Positions 59,149 to 64,000 of a stretch of 64,000 bases of DNA are shown here, piece by piece; position 1 is the first letter of the stretch, and the number at the start of each line of letters is the position of its first letter. Source of the DNA: Psammoneis japonica. Taxonomy: Eukaryota. The position numbers and the translations under genes are program-made. Under the pieces are notes generated by a model, which saw nothing but the letters and a program-made list of their open reading frames with translations, was not told the DNA's origin and searched no databases. Location of the stretch: the NCBI GenBank assembly GCA_008632985.1, contig QPGO01000315.1, forward strand, positions 1 through 64,000, given 5' to 3'.

Positions 59149-60746
59149 CTACCCTTGGTGTTCAGGCGGTATGGCATCTTGAAAGGACCCATCGTTTACA
59201 GACTCGCGAAGTCCTTCTAGCAGGGCTCGTCGCACAACCCCAGAGTCTTCACCCTCCAGAATGACAGTCACGATTGAGCTGACAATGGAACAACGGGTCG
59301 CATCGTCTTCCGTGGGACAGTTTGGGTTGTCTACAATTTTTGTAATCTCGACAGGAGCCTCGTCTGTAAAAAACACCAACTCTCGTCGGTTGTTCGAGCC
59401 GCGGACACTGCCAAAGCGTACAAGTGATCGTTCAGGAGTGTTTTCTATCAAGCCTTGGTCTTGCTCTGGGTCATTCAACGCATCCAGCATGGCAAGGCCT
59501 ACCACTGGCCCGTATAAATCAATCGTGGCATACTTCACGGCCTCCCAAACACTAGCCGATAGCAAATGCCGACGAATGCCTCCATTGTGTCTACCGCGGT
59601 GTCCCGATAGCGATGGAACAGCATTGGCGGCGGAGAGTCCAGTCTTGCCGGCAGAGTTGCCAACGAGGCTGCGCTGCGGAAAGGTGGTGTTGAGAATGTC
59701 AATCGTAATGGTTCGAGTGGCAATCTCCAATCCGGTCCGCAACGTGTTGTCGACCATGTTGAAAATGTCATCTGCGCTCAAACCATTTTGATTGGTAAGG
59801 CCGTACAAGAAGGAGACCGAGAGCTGGTTCTCAAATGTGGGTGCTAAGAATGAAGAATGTGAGAGAAGTTATGTGAGATCTCGTATGTGTATGAGAAGGA
59901 AATAATTCAACAAAAATTAAGGGCGGACTTACACATTGTTGGAGTGACAGTTGAGGGTGCCACCGTTGGGGCTGAGAAAGATGGCGACATGGATGGCGCA
60001 AATGTTGTTGCAGAAATTGTCGGACTTGAGGATGCAACAAGAGTAGGGCTCTGAGATGCAACATTGGTGGGACTTTGAGAGGCCAATATGGTGGTTGGGC
60101 TCTGAGAGGCCACAGTGGCGGTTGGGCTCTGAGAAGTAGCACTTATTGTTGGGCTCTGAGAAGTAGCACTTGTTGTTGGACTCTGGGAGGAGCCAATTGT
60201 AGGGCTCTGGGAAGGGGCGACTGATGGGCTAGATGTCGGACTCGTCGTTCCAAATGTTGGCGCCGCCGTGGGGCTCGGGGTTGCTGGCAACACCTCGTCG
60301 ATTGCTTCCGCCACTCTCGAACAGAATCGCAAAGAGTACACATCGGGTTGAACCGTGCCGCTATCGTCAATTTCAATATGAGCTGCTTTGCCTGCACAGC
60401 ACGTGGAGTCTGCTTCTTCGAACTGAGCACAAGCGCATGCTACCCAATAGTAAACCAGAACAAACTTGGATGGTAAGTCTGCAAAGGAGCTGGAGTCAAT
60501 CCTTTTGTTGGTTTGTCTCGCCACAAAGTCTACGTATTCATCGGATGTAAGTCTCAAATCGTTATCGGCGTCCGAGGCCGTGAGATCAGACTCGCAATTA
60601 TCGAGGGCTTGTCTGCTCATTAAGGAACCAACACCAACAGACACGCCACCAACCGAAGGGAGCAGAGCAATGACGAGACATGATAGAATATAACGGATCT
60701 TGACTGCTTTCCGACAGTCTCTATTGCGTTTTGAATCAATTCGCAT
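59149..60746 (-). CDS. Secreted protein with EF-hand-like/Cys-rich N-domain and Ser/Pro/Thr mucin-like stalk, 2 exons
   Basis: Hydrophobic leader, DADNDLRLTSDEY, SQSPT repeats, intron 59932-59844 joins the two ORFs in frame; RRHL/RSL/RREL motifs. Confidence 0.75.
60040..60210 (-). repeat. Coding ~27-bp tandem repeat (xxxSQSPT units)
   Basis: GGGCTCTGAGA / GGACTCTG recurring at 24-30 bp spacing. Confidence 0.85.
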
Positions 60747-61485
60747 AGCGCTCACAGCACTACCGCTTTTCAAACTTGTAATTCAAACCCGATTCACACA
60801 AGCACACAACTTCCGACAACAACAACAGTCCCGGCAATAAACAAATGCGTGACTTGAAGTCGTGGATGATGTGAAAGTTCTTTCAACGGATCCAGAGAGC
60901 GAAGACCTGATTGTCTATTTTTGGCGAGATGCAACAAGGCAGGCGTTGGAAAGGACAGTATGTGTCCATAGAGGTGCGCCTCTGGCTGTTTCGTTCGCCT
61001 TGTTTCCCGTGTTTGCTGGTCGACTTGATACGACTCGCCCCGCCAAAAAAGTGACACAAATATTCTTATAAATACACTAATAGGTTATTACATTATACAT
61101 GTCAACTGAGCTGAATTTGTATTGAATATTTTTGAAATAAATGAACTTATCCAAGACTAAATACAACGTTTCTTTTTGGCATTTGCACGTGTCATCGCTC
61201 ACTTTTTCGCTCTTTGACTTCTTCAGTGTTGTGGGATTTCTTCGTCGTAAAAAACGAGAAAGCAAAATGGTACGGTACTGTAGCTTTAAAAGGAAAATCA
61301 CTTCGTCAAATAATTTAGTTTTTAGAGAGGCAGCTGGCAGGTGAAAATGCGGTGTAGCTTTATTGGAGAGTCGGCATTGAATGGACTCTGATGTTGAGCA
61401 TCCGCCAAATGTTGATGACAAAGTCTGTTTGATACAAAGAATAAAAACTTCTAAGCAAAAACGTACGGTGTATAGTGTAGGACGC

Positions 61486-63984
61486 CTACTTGGTAACCAC
61501 CAGTCCTCGAAACATCAAGCTGGCGTCTTGAATCTCCTTTGCTCCACCTTTGAGGTCTTTCACGGTCGAGCTTGATCCTATTTCTCTTCGCCTAGCTTCC
61601 ATTTGCTCCGCCAATTTTGATCTCTCCTCTTCGCTGAGTATCTCATTGTTATGGTCATGCGTTGGGATTCCCTTTTCGTCAAAACGAGTGTACTTGGGGT
61701 GCTTTTTCTTTTTCCGATGCCTCACGTCTGTAGGGTCAAAGCCTTCTTCTGCTGCTCCAAAGAGAGCCCACGAGGGAGTTTCCGCCGTGTAGTCTTCCAC
61801 TGAAAAGGTAAAGGATGGATCCTCTTCATGCCGGGCAGCAGCTCCTGAAACTTGTCGTAGTCAATCCACGTTCTCCACTTTCGTTTGCCCGTGACGGGGT
61901 CATCCTCTGCAAACTGGTCCACACGCGCCAACAAGACACTGCACGAATGCTTGTGCTCACAAGCAAGATCGTATTCCGGAGGAGCGTCCGGGCCACCCTC
62001 GTCTGACAATCGCTGGAGCGCGTCTTTTAACTTCCTTGTCAGCTCCACAACTTCGTGGTGCCACGGTGTATTGGACATGTTGAGATTGGAAGCGTCCGAC
62101 TTTCCACAAAAGGTGACGCCCTTGACCTCAACCAGGGAGCAGTGGCCCAGAGCAATGAGCTTGGCGTATCCATCCACTTCGTCCGAGTTCCATCCCTTTA
62201 CCACGGTCAAACGAGCCACGGTTCGCTGTCCCTTGTCTTTGAGAGAAACAAGAGATTGCTGCAACCGCTCCCAGGCATCCTTAAAGAGAGGCCTGTCAAT
62301 GGCTTCCAAACTTTCGGGCGTTGGAGCATCGACACTTACATAGAGCTGCGTAATGGGTCGAAGAGATGAAATGGCTTGTGGGTGCTGCCCGTTTGTGACC
62401 AAAAATGTGGAAATCTTGCGTCGATGAAGCTCACCCAAGAGCTCTCCGATGCGCGGGTACATGATTGGTTCTCCGACAAGGCTCAGTGCACAGTGTCGCA
62501 CCGTGTGAGCTTCAGACCAGCGATCCATACGTACACCGGGAATACCCTTTGCTTCCTTGATCATTTTGATGTGCGTCTTTACTGCTTCGTCTACAATAAA
62601 GTAAGGATCGTCCGTCTTCCAACGCCATTCCTTTCCAACAGGATTCTTATGATGTCGCCAACAAAAGACACCTATGTCGATAAAAAAATAAGAGCAATAG
62701 AGACCAACATGTAAAGTGAGAAATGATAAAAAATGAATAGAGAGGTCAAGCAGTCGCAGCAAATAACGTACACTTATTTGCACACGCGAGGCTCGGGGTT
62801 GCCTCCATACACTGATAGCTCGTGATGCCATAGTGAGTATGCTTGTAACAACCACCTCGCCCACGCAACTGATTCTTTGTCCATCGGCACAACTTTACAG
62901 CACTGTGTGTTCCAATGAGTTTGTAACCTTCCTTCTTGAGAGCGGCGGCCTGAGTCGGTGTCACCATTTCGGTTACTCTTTTGACTTTGTCTTTTTTGAA
63001 GAGGCCTTTAACGAGTCTCCAATGTCTTCCAATCCATAACTTCTGGTTCCTTTTCGTCTTCCATATCTGATTCGTCAGTGTCGTAGTAGTCCTCGTCATC
63101 ATCTTCAGGATTGCGCTCTGCATCAGTGGTAGGCGGTGTTTGACAACACGACCCTCCGTGGCTTCCGAAGCTTTGTTGTTGTCCTTACAGGCACATGAGT
63201 TACTCACAGGTTCCACCATGACATCAATTCGTGTGATAACATCCTTCATCCATCGATCAAAGGTTGCTTTATGATCTCCGACCGAGTCGTCTCCTACACC
63301 CACAGGCCCAAGCGTTTTGGCTCCCAGCTTTCGTGCCTGTACCCACGCCTCGTGTGCTGGTTTGCCCATGGTATCATCGCCATAGGCGGAACTACCCATT
63401 CCAAACACTGCAACACGGAGTTGAGTCGATTTGAGGGGATTTTTCTCAATACGCCAGTCGTGAAGCATTTCATGCAAACTCTGTTTTAAAGTGGTAGCTG
63501 CCGACTCGGGCCAAGTCCCTCCCGTATAGGTGGGCAACACCCACACAACAATAGGCGGGAGTAGCAGCAGCGAGTCGTCGTCGGTTTTATCCTGATCTTC
63601 GTTATTCAAAAGTTCATCCCACCAATCCCATTCGTCAACCTTTCCCATTTGGATCGTGCTTGTGTGGGAAGCAATCGATGCATGAGACTTTAACCTATGG
63701 TACAAATTCTCTGCCAGTGCCGCACACGTGCCAGTAACAGAACCATGAACAATCGAAATGGTGCCTCGAACTAAAATGCGGTCTTTGCAGGGAGTTTTTT
63801 CTTCCTCGAAAAAATCCTTTTCGGGTTTTGGCAACGTCCGTTTTGCGATTGTTGTTGTTGTGGGTGCTGTTTCATTCTTTGTCTTTTTTCGGCGAGACCA
63901 CACCACACCTCCAATCGCCACCACAAATACTACTGTCACGATGGAAGCAGACAAGGCTGCATCTCCTCCGCGACTACGAGCCAT
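61486..63984 (-). CDS. TYW1: tRNA 4-demethylwyosine synthase TYW1 (flavodoxin + radical SAM); a few apparent single-base frameshifts
   Basis: N-terminal TM, flavodoxin VFGMGSSAY, GYKLIGTHSAVKLCRWTK, CANK|CVFC across intron 62771-62672, HCALSLVGEP, FLVTNG, TQLYVSVDA, EVKGVTFCG. Confidence 0.93.
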
Positions 63985-64000
63985 GGTTGACTCAATTCAA

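Noticed and set aside
60040..60210. CRISPR-like array
   Set aside because: In-frame coding repeats of a Ser/Pro/Thr stalk, without unique spacers, in a eukaryotic gene.
61486..63984. TYW1 as a pseudogene
   Set aside because: Frame breaks look like single-base homopolymer losses, and catalytic motifs and splice sites are intact; consensus error is more likely.

Overview
Eukaryotic genomic DNA, most likely from a pennate diatom (short GT-AG introns of about 80-200 bp, signal peptide plus ASAF-type plastid presequences, diatom-type Ty3/Gypsy element). The window alternates between two very different compartments. (1) Gene islands of normal composition contain a frameshifted ankyrin/SF1-helicase gene, WDR82/Swd2, a CMC1-like protein, a PLP-decarboxylase-methyltransferase fusion, MLH1, a glutathionyl-hydroquinone reductase, a membrane-anchored TTL-like ligase, a SNF2/SAP helicase, a head-to-head pair of EXECUTER-like (DUF3506) plastid proteins, CysRS, a mucin-like secreted protein and TYW1. 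(2) Five repeat/relic domains (about 1-14 kb, 21.6-27.4 kb, 30.8-33.1 kb, 37.1-45.9 kb and 48.2-49.8 kb) have lost almost all TpA dinucleotides, and in their cores also CpG. The main result is an apparent repeat-domain-directed, context-specific mutagenesis TpA->TpG/CpA (A:T->G:C on both strands). It is best seen in a full-length Gypsy element (39273-44493), where conserved Tyr codons have become Cys or His and the two LTRs differ mostly at TA/TG/CA sites while CpG is still abundant. It resembles fungal RIP in logic but has the opposite chemistry. All counts were made by eye and no database searches were possible.
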